DNA from: Phoronis australis
Lineage: Eukaryota > Animalia > Phoronida
Assembly (NCBI GenBank): GCA_002633005.1
Contig: NMRA01000001.1
Span: forward strand, 1,814,952 to 1,878,951
Reading direction: 5' to 3'
DNA: 64,000 bases
Within the stretch, counting starts at the first letter, position 1; the number at the start of each line of letters is the position of its first letter. The position numbers and the translations under genes were made by a program. Under the pieces are notes generated by a model. The model searched no databases. It had not been told where the DNA came from and saw only the letters and a program-made list of their open reading frames with translations. Below are positions 25,673 to 38,100 of the stretch, piece after piece.

Positions 25673-25801
25673 GGCTCCTGTTCTGGTGGAATGAGAATAA
25701 CTTCTCAAGTTCCACTAATACCTTAATATAGGCAGTATACTACGGTACAACGCCACAATGGCGTACTAGCTAAAAGCGCTTAAAATTAATCTTCATAGTA
25801 G

Positions 25802-28800
25802 CTATTCTTCATCACAGCGTACCCATATATCGTCCTTGTCTTGTAGGGTTTCCCGCAAACCTAAAATAATATCAAAATAAGTGAAAATTAAAGGCATCAA
25901 AAATGATCAATTGGCTCCATGTTCAGTCTTACTTTTTAAGAAAAACAATTATTGCCTATCTCCAATACATATCCACCTGTATTCACTGTCAAAAATAATA
26001 ACTTTTGATATACCGCTTTGAAATTGGCAACAAGACGTTTCTTTCTCAGGAGTGATTTCTGGGCATAGGGACAAATGACGGGATCATTTTTGCTAAGAGC
26101 CCTGGCTCAATAATTTCATCTTGGCTAGTCAGTTCAGTCATCACAGTATGGCTCCATTTGAGTTTCTTCTTACAGCATGACGCAACAATATGATATTCAT
26201 GTGGAACCTCAACAAACATGCCCAACAAGAAAGGTGCTTTGTGGGTTTAAAAAGACTATTAGGGACAAAAAAAATTCTGAGATCAGTCCCAGTATAAATG
26301 GCGAACATTGAACCTTCTCGATCACTGGCTCAAATTGCAGTTTAGGGATGGCGCAAGAAAAAACAATGGATTTTATTGTTCTATGGCCCGCTCTGGTCAT
26401 AGTTTACAAATTCAAAAAGTGTATTCCATCCAATAATAATCTAAAAATGGGATTTTCTACCGCAAAAACAATAAATAAATGTCCTTTAAAATAAAACTTT
26501 ACGACAAGTTTTCTTCAAGCTCAAGTTCAAAAAGAAAGCAAGTACTCCTTACCAGGCTTACCTTCCATGTTAAATCTTGAGCCAGGCACAATATGCATGT
26601 TTTTCACGGGCACAAAAAGATCGGGTGACGTTGACGAATCACTGCATGACGATAAATACCACGATGTACTGTCCGGACTTGCCGAGTCATATTCCTTGTT
26701 TGTATCGCACAGTGAACATTGCCGTGGAGAAACATAGGGTCCACGAGGTAAATAATCATCGTCTGATTCCTTAAGGTAGCCTCTTGTTGCTCCTGCATGA
26801 TACTCTGGTCGTTCCCGTTTCCAGATGGGATGACAGGGCTCAATGCTCATAACCTGTCTCAAAACCAGTGATACATAAGTGCATGCTGTCAACACACAGA
26901 CTTACCGTGCCCACAAACATTAGTTACTGCTGGAACGAATTGTCGCTAGGTTTGGGGACAGTCTTGACTCTATTAAGCTAGTGCTAACTTGCCCCACTTT
27001 GACAACTAACTCATGAACTTGTTCGAGAGCCAACTAATGTGCCACTTCTAATCTGTATATGGCCGCAAACCTGGCACAAGGTAGAAGTGCAGTTGAGCAG
27101 CTATACGAGTCTTTCTTTTTCATACCGCGTTCGCATTTATATTTTTGTGAAGGTCCATATGCGTAGAGTGACAACTTTCGCTTTCAGATCTAGTTAGCTG
27201 TGGGGCAGTGGCATAGTGCAAGTTGTTCTAGAGTGAGCCTGTATGTGGATGCTCGAATGGATGGATGCCTGAAATCTCAAGTAAAAAATAAAGATTTCAG
27301 ACTCAACTTAAAGCTTTAGTGCTGGGGTCATCAAGTGCAAATTATGATCAAACATCACTGATGTCATTTACAAAATGCATAATGTACTTGAGCACAAAAT
27401 GGTAGACGCTTTATGTTGTGTTTGCATAAAGCAGAACGTGAAACGTCAAAAATATTTTAGAGTTTAATTTCCACTGCAAAGATGAGATCTCGGGCCCAAA
27501 TAAATTTTCAGAAGTTTTCTGCATTTTGCATGTCAAGAATTGCACGGTGACACTTGGCTTATCTCAATATCCAACTGCTGCCTCCTCAGGTTTGGTTGGT
27601 AGTTGGACCAGTGATGTTGAACACCCAGCAGAATTAATAGAGATAAGCAGGATACTTGCAATATTGTTCAAAAGTTTTAGGTTGTAAAAGTCACATTTCT
27701 TGTCTGATTCGAATACCTAACCACGTGTACTTTTCACGAACAATTCAAATAAGCTACTCAAAAACTTTCAAAACAAAAATTTAAAAAATACTTTTGTCGC
27801 CCCCAGTATGCTGAAAATCAGTAGCCTGGGGCGATGTAATTAACTACAACGGCATGGTGTCTTTGATCTTTGCAGCAGATTTTGAGGCACGCAAACCAAC
27901 CGTTGAAGGCGGCAGTGTAGGATTCTTTTCATGTGAGTCCCAGGAAGTACTCCCATAAAAGAGGCTTAAGGAATATGCCACTCTACGAAAGAGTGTTTTC
28001 CTGAAAAAAATTCCCTACAACTACGAAAGAGTGCTTTCCTGAAAAAACTCCCTACAAAAGGGGTCCCTTTCCAAAAAATTAAGTCATACAAGATGGTTAA
28101 CTTTGAGAGTTCAAATTTCTGCAAATGATTTTTTTCCAACTACTGCCCACAAATCTACACAATAGTTTTGATTATTTTATTTATAGTCAATTATTTATTT
28201 ATTATAGTGACAAGTGCAATTATCAATTACAACAATGCAATCCAGTTGTCTGGATGTAGACAACCCTTTAGGTTTATTTGTCACCTACATTGTTTAAATA
28301 GTAGGGTATGAAGTAGGCTTCTTTTACAAATTGTGCCAATTGTCAGGGGAATTTATGAAATATAACCTGAATTCATCTTTGGATAAATTTAGGCTACAAC
28401 AAGTACAAACTCTTTCATCTGCAGGAATATTTGTAAACTGCCCTATTTCAATCTGCAAAGGCAAAGTTCCCGAAAGTAACTGAGCTAACAGAGATCTTTC
28501 TGATCATGACAGATTTAAGCCAACATATTTTTCTGTAAAAAGACTGCTTGAACAAGTTAGATCTAAGTTTAGGCTGATTAACAATTGTTTCATACCAAAA
28601 TTTTTGGAACGGTCACTAGTATTTTCCTTTACAATGCTTAAATTACAAGTAGACATATTATTAAAACACTCAATTTGTTGAGTTTCAAATAAAACGTTCT
28701 TGGTTTCAGCAGTCCAATTTTTCTGTAAATCGAGTAGTCCCATGAATATCTTTTTGGTAAGCCTGTTATCTGACACAGTCACTAATCTATTCCACAAGCA

Positions 28801-31774
28801 TATAGTATGTTTAATTTTCTGCAATTTATTGAAGGCCCATTTTCAAGGCGACAAAACTGGAAAACAAACTGTGTACCTACACAGTTCATTTTCCACTTGT
28901 GTTGCCTTGAAAATGGTTTAAGAAATAACCCAAACGTCCGTTTTAACATGTCTACATTTACTTACGCACTCATCTTAAAATTCCTGCTTCTGGTGCGGCC
29001 CAAAAACGAATGTGATTGAAGTTTCCCAACCCATATCTCCGCTAACAGCGTGATTTGGACAAAATCTTTTAACATTTAAAAAGAAACGCATTGCTCTATT
29101 CGGATATTTTCGGGGGAATTAAATTCCCTGAAACACCAGACACCCAATGAGTAGTCTTGAGCTACACAAAAATTAAACAATGTTGTAAAAGTGTTAAATC
29201 ATAAAAAAGAATTAATTTTTTTGTGTCAATCAATTTTCTTAATGATCTACCAGCTGCATCAGCAAGAACATGGGCGGAGCTATTAAAATCTAGATGTTTG
29301 TCCAAAATTATGACCAAACACTTATAGGATGATTGGTACTTAATAACAGATTCACTCAAGATTTTTAAACTTTTAAGCAGAAACAGTACAAGAACAGATG
29401 TTATGCTGTTGAAAATAATACCTTTCTAAGTGGGACATTGGATGTCCAACTTAGAAGAGTTAGGTTCATGAAATTAACCCCTGAACTTGAAAATGCCCGT
29501 TTTTGAGTCGATTCTCTGAATGGAAGGGTTAATCCTCACTAAGTTTGCAGCTGCACACTACATCAATCAAGTAACCTCCAGGTTTTGCCGGAGTAGCATT
29601 TAGATGGAGTTTTCCGAAATAAACTAAGATCAATAAATCCATCTATAATGCTTTGTAGTTGACTACAATTCTTTAATGGCTATCTCGTTTTAGTTGGACA
29701 AAAATCGGCATTGCAAATTTCCGAAACTAATTTGAAAAGGGATAACATGAATCCAGTGTGAGAAGGGTATGGCAATTCTCCGTTTATTTCACACAAAAAT
29801 AATTGCCAAATTATCATTTTTCTGTTTTTCTATGGCTGATTACTTTACTAAAAGTAATGGAAAATTAACCAAAATTATTTTGACATCTACTCAGTACAAA
29901 CCATGTCAGCAACAGACTAAAATTTATTTACTTAATCATTATTATTGTGGAGAAATTTGACGACATAGAATTTTCAGGTACTAGAGAGCACTCATCGTAA
30001 AATCTCAAACAACTCAAGAACCACAAATCTAAAAATCTGGTTTTACGGAATCCAGGATCTTACCTCATCACAGCAGCGTCTACTGACAACTCCTCTGTAC
30101 TCAATCCTTCTCCACAACTGGTCTCTCTTCCTCAGAAATCCCGGGTATTTGTCTCTCCATGCCTTTCCCAAAGCCCATGGAAATATCTCATACTTGAAGT
30201 CTTCCTCATCTTCTTCCAAGTCATTGGCCAAGTATCTAAAGAGATCATGACACTCCCACTAATCATCTTAACAAGCATCAAATCAACATGCAATTTATTC
30301 ACCAAAAAGAGTTCACGTGAACTGACAAGAACCAAATTTAAATATTTACAAAAAAAATGCCAACGTCTTGTTTAAGATGTTAAGCGGCATATGAGGTGAC
30401 TTTTTAAATGAAATTGATTGATTATTGGAAATCAAGTTACACACTTTCTCAATATACATCATGCAGTCGTAATTCCCGTAAAGCCAGGATTGTGTACAGG
30501 AGATTTGACAAGACACAAAACGGGTCTGCTTGAGCTTCCTCCGATACTACAGAAATGTAAATGTGACTGTTGAAGCACCGAGGGGACCCAGTCCTACTGA
30601 ACCCCCCGCTGGATCCATCAGTGATTGCATTACAAAATAACTTCAAGATTTAATATCAGGATAACACATATTCCACTTCCCTCTAACAAAATTCTGTGTG
30701 AGCTAATGAATATTCAAATTAAAAAGAGACTTACAAGGCAATGAAAAAATTCATCTTGGTAAAGTCTCGGATGGTGAAGCCCGCCCGTTTGAAATAGGCA
30801 AAAACCATGGATAACAAATACTGCAAAAGAATAAAAATTTCTTTACAAACACCAAGGTTAAGAAATATCACTTGAGCCATGTTTGCATAGAATATTGCAA
30901 TCATCAACAGATTAAGAACAAGTTAACACTTTTACGTTCCACGTTGACTTCAATCGCTTTGTTGCCTTGTTTGTCAATTTTTGTATTTATATCTAAACCC
31001 CTGGTAGTCTCATATTAGACTTTAAGTCAGTGAAATACATAATTTCCTCAGTGAAGCATACTTTATCAGCAATTTTCTTGCAGCCATCCACTTGTAAAAA
31101 ATTGTCAATAACTGGATCATCTGTAATAAAAATGAAAATAGTTAAAATTTAGCAACAACACTACAATCAATTACGGCCTATTATAAAACAATTTCAATTG
31201 CAGTCAGTATTCTTCAGAAAAACACCTGTCTAGAACTCGGCAGCCTTCTTCCACCGCAACAGTTCAGTTCTTTTTCAAGTGATGTCAGTATTTGGAATTA
31301 CAAAAAATCCTAGGTGATGTTTCTACAACATTGGAAGCTTTTAATACATTTAAAATTTCAATATCAATCAATGGGAAAAATATTAGGCTTTGTTTCATTG
31401 AGACACAATAGACTCAGTGCGTAGCCTACTGCACCTGCACTGCAGTAAACATTTCAGAACGTGCATCTAATACCTAAAAGTCGGAAGTAAGTTTGCATTT
31501 CTTTGCTTTTCACAACAAAATTGGGTCTTTTTGTCATCCTAAGGTCCAAAGCGAAACTGTCATTTGGAGTTTTAACAACTGGCAAGTTGATTTCTTTTCT
31601 GTCCTTTTTCTTTGCTCCATGGGCCTGGCTCTGTGGATGGTTTTGCCTCTGGATGCGATCCGACTCAGTTGGTTTAAGTACGCTAGTGTACGTTGCAGAT
31701 GTTGCTCCTTTCACGCTCATACAATTTACGCTAGAATTAGCACCCTCAAAGTCATATCTGGCTCTTTTAAACAT
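25802..31774 (-). CDS. SPDYA: Speedy/RINGO family CDK activator (Speedy protein A-like), 6 coding exons, ~322-325 aa
   Basis: Exons 31774-31474, 31120-31062, 30820-30735, 30235-30064, 26853-26562 (or 26553), 25860-25802 join in frame. Speedy box: [35 protein letters not shown]...[29 protein letters not shown]...[23 protein letters not shown]...PRGP...CSLC, closely matching vertebrate SPDYA; ends DEE-stop. Confidence 0.95.
28170..29370 (-). mobile_element. Decayed, 5'-truncated non-LTR retrotransposon (CR1/L2-group ORF2 C-terminus)
   Basis: Broken frames [70 protein letters not shown]; (AATA)n tail at ~28170-28205. Confidence 0.8.
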
Positions 31775-32172
31775 GACAAGATATTGTAGTTCAAAACATC
31801 AAGTGAAGATTGAAGAGAGAAAATGAAAATGCGGACGAACCCTGGATATTCGTCGCGTGCACCTCGGTTACGTCGTCTGCTAGATGTGTCCTTCTTTTAC
31901 TTATGTGAACTTAATCTTTACAAATAAACGTCTCATTTGCTTGTTAATTAATATCGTCTTCGCATATTTAAATGTTATTAAAAAGCAAAGTAACATTCTG
32001 TACCATGAAATCCAAATAATTGCGGGAGTATTTTCGATACCAATCAGACAAAGCCACGGATAGGCGCTTCCATATAAGGCAATACTTGCCATATACAGAC
32101 AGGAAGTAAATAGGTCGCCATATTGTGTTTGGGTTGTACGTGGACAGGGTTTTCGTCCAGAAACCAGAGAAA
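31775..32172. promoter_or_regulatory. Bidirectional promoter, Speedy (-) / HRD1 (+)
   Basis: ATGs ~400 bp apart, head to head; locally CpG-rich; contains the ERSE, CCATATAAGG (32070-32079), ETS-like CAGGAAGT (32100-32107) and YY1-like CGCCAT (~32116). Confidence 0.7.
32040..32058 (+). promoter_or_regulatory. ER stress response element (ERSE, CCAAT-N9-CCACG) upstream of HRD1
   Basis: CCAAT cagacaaag CCACG is an exact consensus ~115 nt before the HRD1 ATG; HRD1 is a known UPR target. Confidence 0.85.
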
Positions 32173-35100
32173 ATGAAGGCTATTCTCGTCACCACGGCCA
32201 GCCTTGTGTTGACTTGTGCTGTGCTAGGCAATGCATACTACCAAAAGAAACAGTTTTACCCATCGGTGGTGTATATTACAAAATCAAATCCAAGTATGGC
32301 GGTAAGTTTTGTCCTGTGAAACTTAATTTAGTCGCCGGGGCTTCTAGTTCTAGCCTTCATCACTGACATCAGTTCATGTATTGGCTTACAAGTTACAGTG
32401 CCATCGTCTCAACTAGCTCCAGTAGAGACGGCGGTCATACCATGTTGCTATAATTATCTCCTGTGCATACAGGGACACATAGGAGGTCATTGATGTCTTC
32501 AGCTCTTCCCCGCTGGAACAAATATATACTGGGGAGCCCAATGTTCGTCCGCCTAAGCATAAAACCGACTTGCTGTTGTACTCACCGAATTATTCCACTT
32601 CAAAGTTATGATCTGAATAGGATTCGATTTAACTCTCACAGATATACCGCATTCATCGATTCGGAAGTTTTCTTTAATTTGTGCCGAGTTATTTCAAATG
32701 TGCACTGCCTTCGGCAGCCATTTTATTGTGACACCTAAGTTCGTCATATGCTGCCCCCTTTTGTAAAAACTGAGAAACATGCAGAAAAAGGCCAACGAAG
32801 TAATGAAAATTGCAACAGCCTGTTTTTATTGACATAAACTCGATTTGAAGCTTTGATGTTGAGCTCTGCACTGTGGTTTCCAATAAAAGCCAATTGGACA
32901 ACATTTCAATGCAGTTTAATGGTGAACGTGAGGCAAAAATGTTAAGAACCCAGCGTATCGCATTTGTCTGCGGATTTTTCCTTTGGCCTTCTAGATCCTA
33001 CTAGTGCCTGGGACAAACAGATACATTGCATAAACAAACCCTGGATCATGTTTTGTGTCCCGTCGGAAGAAAATTTAAATTCGAAAACATCTTCTGAAAA
33101 CGCACAAAAAAGTGTATTAGTAAAATCTACTGATTTTTAAGTGGTTTTAAAAAACAATCGGTAAACTCACCGATTTTTGTCTCATTACTTTGATACGTGT
33201 TTCTCCCGAGAGGTTAGTACCTAACGTGAAGACGAGCACTCCAAATTGGAACGCTAAGTCCCGCGTGGTTGCGCTGCACGCGAAACAAGATGGCGGACGA
33301 ACTTTGGAGCCTGACGAAAATAGGTAACCGGACGATACTTTCACAATCAACAGGGCTGTCCTCGATTTCACAGCCATAGCACTGGCCTTTGACTTGGTCA
33401 CAGAGATAAGAAACGCGACACCTGGTTTTGGTAATCTGGCACATTTTTGCAGATCATGTTGGAGACCGGCGAGTTGTTTAGCCATGGAATTATTCCTGAT
33501 TTCAACCATTTATTCAGTACCGGAGCTGAACTGGTATCTTCAAGAAAAAAATTCTGTTCTGTTCAAAATTAACCCAAGGAACTTGTTTTACCTGCTCGTT
33601 TCACAGTTTCTTGTTTTTCATTGTTGTTGGGAAGGTGAAAAACTTCACATCACGCATCCACAGGTATTTGTTCAATTATCAAACATTCTCACGTGGGAGT
33701 TGCAGCCCACAGCAGAGCAGTAGTACTTAGTTAGCATTGGAAGGACAATAAAGTAATGCCATAAAGTAATGCCGCCAAGAAAAACTTGCAAAGAATCAGA
33801 TAACAACAAAGAACAGTTTGAAATCCAATGGCCCGAAAACGAGGCAGCAAATGTGCCTAAGGGATGCTTATGACGTTCTGGGTAAATTCAGCGAGATTCG
33901 AGTGTCGCTGTGTAATCCGGGACAGCCATATGAGCATTGCCTCCTACCCTGCAGACACGAACAAAAATGCTCAAAACTCACCGTTTTTTAAGACTGTTGC
34001 AAACGTTTGCTCTTTGGAATCTACTTGGTCTCTTCCTAGCATCCAACATCTGCCTTTGACTTCTTCGTAGCTACACCGTGGCTCATGTCATAGTATTTCT
34101 GCCGTTTGCAGCAAATCATTTTTCTTTTTTGATGAGTTTCGTTGCGAAAGTTAATGTTGTTCAAAGCAATGCAATTAATTTATTTTTTGAGTTATGTTAT
34201 ATATAAGCAAGCCGTATTAGTATACAGCTTTGCATCAAGGCTAATGGTAGATATGCTATAAATTTACTTATCATTTGTTGGTTTCAGGTACTGTATATTC
34301 AAGCCTTTGTGTTTGTGGTTCTGATGGGCAAGCTGCTGCGAAAAGTGTTTTTTGGTCAGCTGAGAGCTGCTGAGATGGAGGTCAGTTATCTTGCTCTGGT
34401 AATGGTTATAGAGTCATTTTTCAACTATAGCCTGAAGGTGGCTCTGCTGGCCAGCTGTTACTAAATGGATCATTTTGGCTTGTAATATTTGTAGTCAGAC
34501 TGCAGTAACAGCAACTTAGCTTATGTAATTAGAAATTATTACTTGCATACAAAAAGTGATAGGAATTGCCTTTTTTCCTCAGAACAGCGCACGTGTGGTC
34601 AAGATCAGTCAGTGTACTGTAGCCTACCATATGGCCCAGATGTGTGCCTACTCAGCATCCTCCCTTGCCACCAATTTCATACATCCCACCTCCTCTGGCC
34701 TGGTGAGATGAATAGCAAATGTTTTTCAGAAAGGAATGAGGTCAATATTCAGTTCCAGAATCCAGTCACAGAGCCCTGATACTAACAGTGTTATTTTTTC
34801 TTGCGCTCACTTTTTTCTCTTTTTTATTTTCTTTCTGGTCCACCACAAATATTTGCTCATGAGCAACTGGAAGAAATGTAACTCATGAGAACAGATTAGT
34901 CAACTCAATACTCAGATGGGTTTAATGAGCAATTGTTAATCAGTTTAGCATTTTGATATCTTAAGAGCAGAAAGCACTTCATCTGCTAGATGGTGTTCAT
35001 AGGATACTAGTGAGGGTCCCATTTGATTGCTTGAAAGCACGTATTTTCTTTGAGTGTGGCCACTATTGCCCTGGCACCACCTGGAGAATGTTGAAGTCAC

Positions 35101-38100
35101 AATGTGTTCATCTGAAAAAAATATGAAAGTTAAATAGCCCATGTGGTTTGTGAGGGAGGAAGACCGGGCCTCCATCTAGAGGGTATCCAGGGCGTCCACC
35201 AAATGGACACCCTATCTCAAATTTAGACACCTTAGCTAGGACACCGTATTGAGCTTTGGATGCCCTAGGAAAGTAAGCGAGAAGGCATGGGTGTCTCCTT
35301 TCACTTGATAGCTGTGGGAGCTCATTCAGGCCTGTACAGAATGATGAAGTTGATTTAGAAATGATGTAAGATAGGAAAAACTTAATTGCAGAACCTTGTT
35401 ACCATAGTAACACACCACACTATAACAGAAGTCTAGATGAACTTATGCTGGCTGTCATGTTATTTGTGTCACTGAGTCGGCACCGAAGTTTTGTTTGTAG
35501 TGTTTCCCAAAACAAGAATTCATCGTCAAAATGGCAAGTTTGAAGTAACTTTTCATTTCCTAGCCTCGCATAAATTCAGTTCTCCAGACATGGTTTATTA
35601 CGATTGTTTATTACACGTCTTAAGTTTAGATATAACAAACAAAACAATCATTTAGGTGTTGTGCTCTATTACGCTATCTGTGGTGTATATCTGAATCAGT
35701 TATCAAATTCATCTGTGTTATGGTGTTTCTTTGCAGCACCTAATCGAGAGGTCATGGTATGCTGTGACTGAGACGTGTCTGGCTTTTACTGTCTTCAGGG
35801 ATGACTTCAGCCCACGTTTTGTTGTTCTCTTCACTTTGTTACTGTTTCTCAAATGTTTTCACTGGTTAGGAGAAGATCGGGTCGATTATGTAAGTAGTCC
35901 TTGTTCTGTCTTAAGTAAAAATGAAAATAATTACCAAAATTGCATTTTTTTCATTTTTCTAGGGCTTCTAACATGGTTGTGAGTGGCCACAAATTTTCAA
36001 AATATTATCTGGTGGTAGATATGGTACAAAACATGGATGTGGCAAAGCGTTGTAGTACTGTATATCATTCATGAAAAAATTAGAAAATAAATTTCATTTG
36101 TCTGTCAGAGATATTGTGTACTAAATTGATGAGATGTTACTGTATCACTTGGTTAAAACCTTGTTATAATTTTCACCTCTTCATAGATTGAATACATATT
36201 CCACCTCTGCATTATTTTTCTGCTATTTTCATTTCAAAGCAATTATTGATGCCACATATCGTTTGAGTATATCGTTTGAGTAGCGGTACTTTTGATGAGA
36301 ATGTCTTGTATTTAATTATGTTGTTTCCAGTGGTCAAGTACATTATCGTGTTTTTCAGATGGAGAGAAGCCCCATTATCTCTTGGGTTTTTCACTTGAGA
36401 ATAATTTGTAAGTACCTTAGTATTTGTGGACATTGAATATTAATTCCCTCGTGTTATTGATACCGCCATTGCTTTTGAGGAATGTACATTTCATTTTTTG
36501 CTAAATTTAAATGAAAACACATGGTCACGTGACCCAATTAATGGCACAAACGAGTTGTTTTCAGAAAATATAATAATTTTACGGAGTTCACTTATTTAGT
36601 TTTGTTGGTATTGGAATCAATGCATTCTTGTCAATAAAGTTCTACGCAACCTTTAGGCATCTTATAAATACAAACCCCGTTGAAGGCATTTGTTATGAAA
36701 AAGACCACCATTGCTCCTGCGTCCATGAAACTTATCAAAGTTTCGGTTCCTTGTAATTATGAAAATGAGAATATATATTTTGAACAAGTTACTGGTCACT
36801 GTTTGTGTTACGCTCTGAGCATTTCTTGCTCTCGTCTTCTTGTGGATGAGGGATACTTTTGTTCTTCATCATCTACGTATTCATCCTTGACAGCCATCAA
36901 ATCAATTTGGGTTTGACGGCCTTTCAATTATTACAAACTCTCAACCAACAAGTTGTTGATTTGGTGCAGGCTTAAGCCATTATGTGTATAGTTCTTAGTC
37001 AATTACTGTGAAATCTTATCAGTTTCTGACAGAAATATTTGCCAAAATTGATCTTCATTTTTCAAAAGCTTCTGATATTATTGTGGACACCTGCAAATTC
37101 TCAAAAAATGTCTATTAGTAGCCATGGTATGTAATTTAAAAATGTGACATGTTTGAATGTTTGGAATTCCAGTGACACTACATAAAGAAAATGCCTTGAC
37201 CGTCGGCAACTAGTCCTGCGTTCTTTCAATACTGAGAGGGGTTATATTCTTGTATCAGAAAGAAACAAAAGAATTCTGTTTAGCTGAAACTGAAATTCCA
37301 CATAGTACATTTGTCCATTATTTCTTTTGACTTTATTTGGCCTCTTTTTCAGCTCTATGTGCTGTGTTGGGCCTGGTAGATGCGTACTTTATCAATCACG
37401 CATACTACAGTACAATTCTCAAGGGGGCGTCAGTGCAGCTAGTTTTTGGATTTGAGGTTTGTACACAGATTTTACTGATCTGTGATTTGATTTGGAGTTT
37501 AACATGTTAAATGTGGAAATAATGTGAAATTGAAGTTAATTAATTGTTTCTCTCTTTTAATTAATATTTAACTGTTTTCAGTACATTTTACTCGGACTCC
37601 CCTCATCTCTCTTGGAAACGTATTTTACCCGAGTTTTCCGCTACGTAGTTAGACTGGATTTGACTCCCTTTGTTTTGTGGCTTCTAGAACAAGTCTCGAG
37701 TTGTGGTACCCAACACCTGATATGAGTGAAGTTTCTCTTCTGTTATTCATCCATTCACAAATTGGTTGCAGTGAGAAGGAAAAACTCAAAATGCTTTTAT
37801 CTGTATATAAGGCAAAAGTACTTTTATTGAAGTGAATTTCATTTACATTACTTATATTATGAAGTGCTTCCTGTTATTTGCTTTCTGTTGTTTAGTTTGC
37901 ATTGTGGCATAAGGGGAAATGATTTGAGTTGTAAAGTTTTTCAACAAATTCATTTTAATCGGTAGCATGGCTTGAACTGAACAGCAATGATAAACATAAT
38001 GTTTGTAAACTTTGAATATTTTACAAAGTTGATCAGCATTCGACATGACAGGCTTGTCTATAATATTCCTGCAAATTGTGCAAATTTTTTGTACTTACAT

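Noticed and set aside
26630-26690. beta-TrCP phosphodegron in the Speedy Ser-rich tail (DSASPDS)
   Set aside because: Does not match DSGxxS; only general Ser-richness is evident
32930-33730. ORFs of 109-120 aa in HRD1 intron 1 as a nested gene
   Set aside because: No recognisable domain or splice structure; CpG-rich repeat-like DNA
35341-35476. C/D box snoRNA (ATGATGA...CTGA)
   Set aside because: No terminal stem, spacing too long, no recognisable guide
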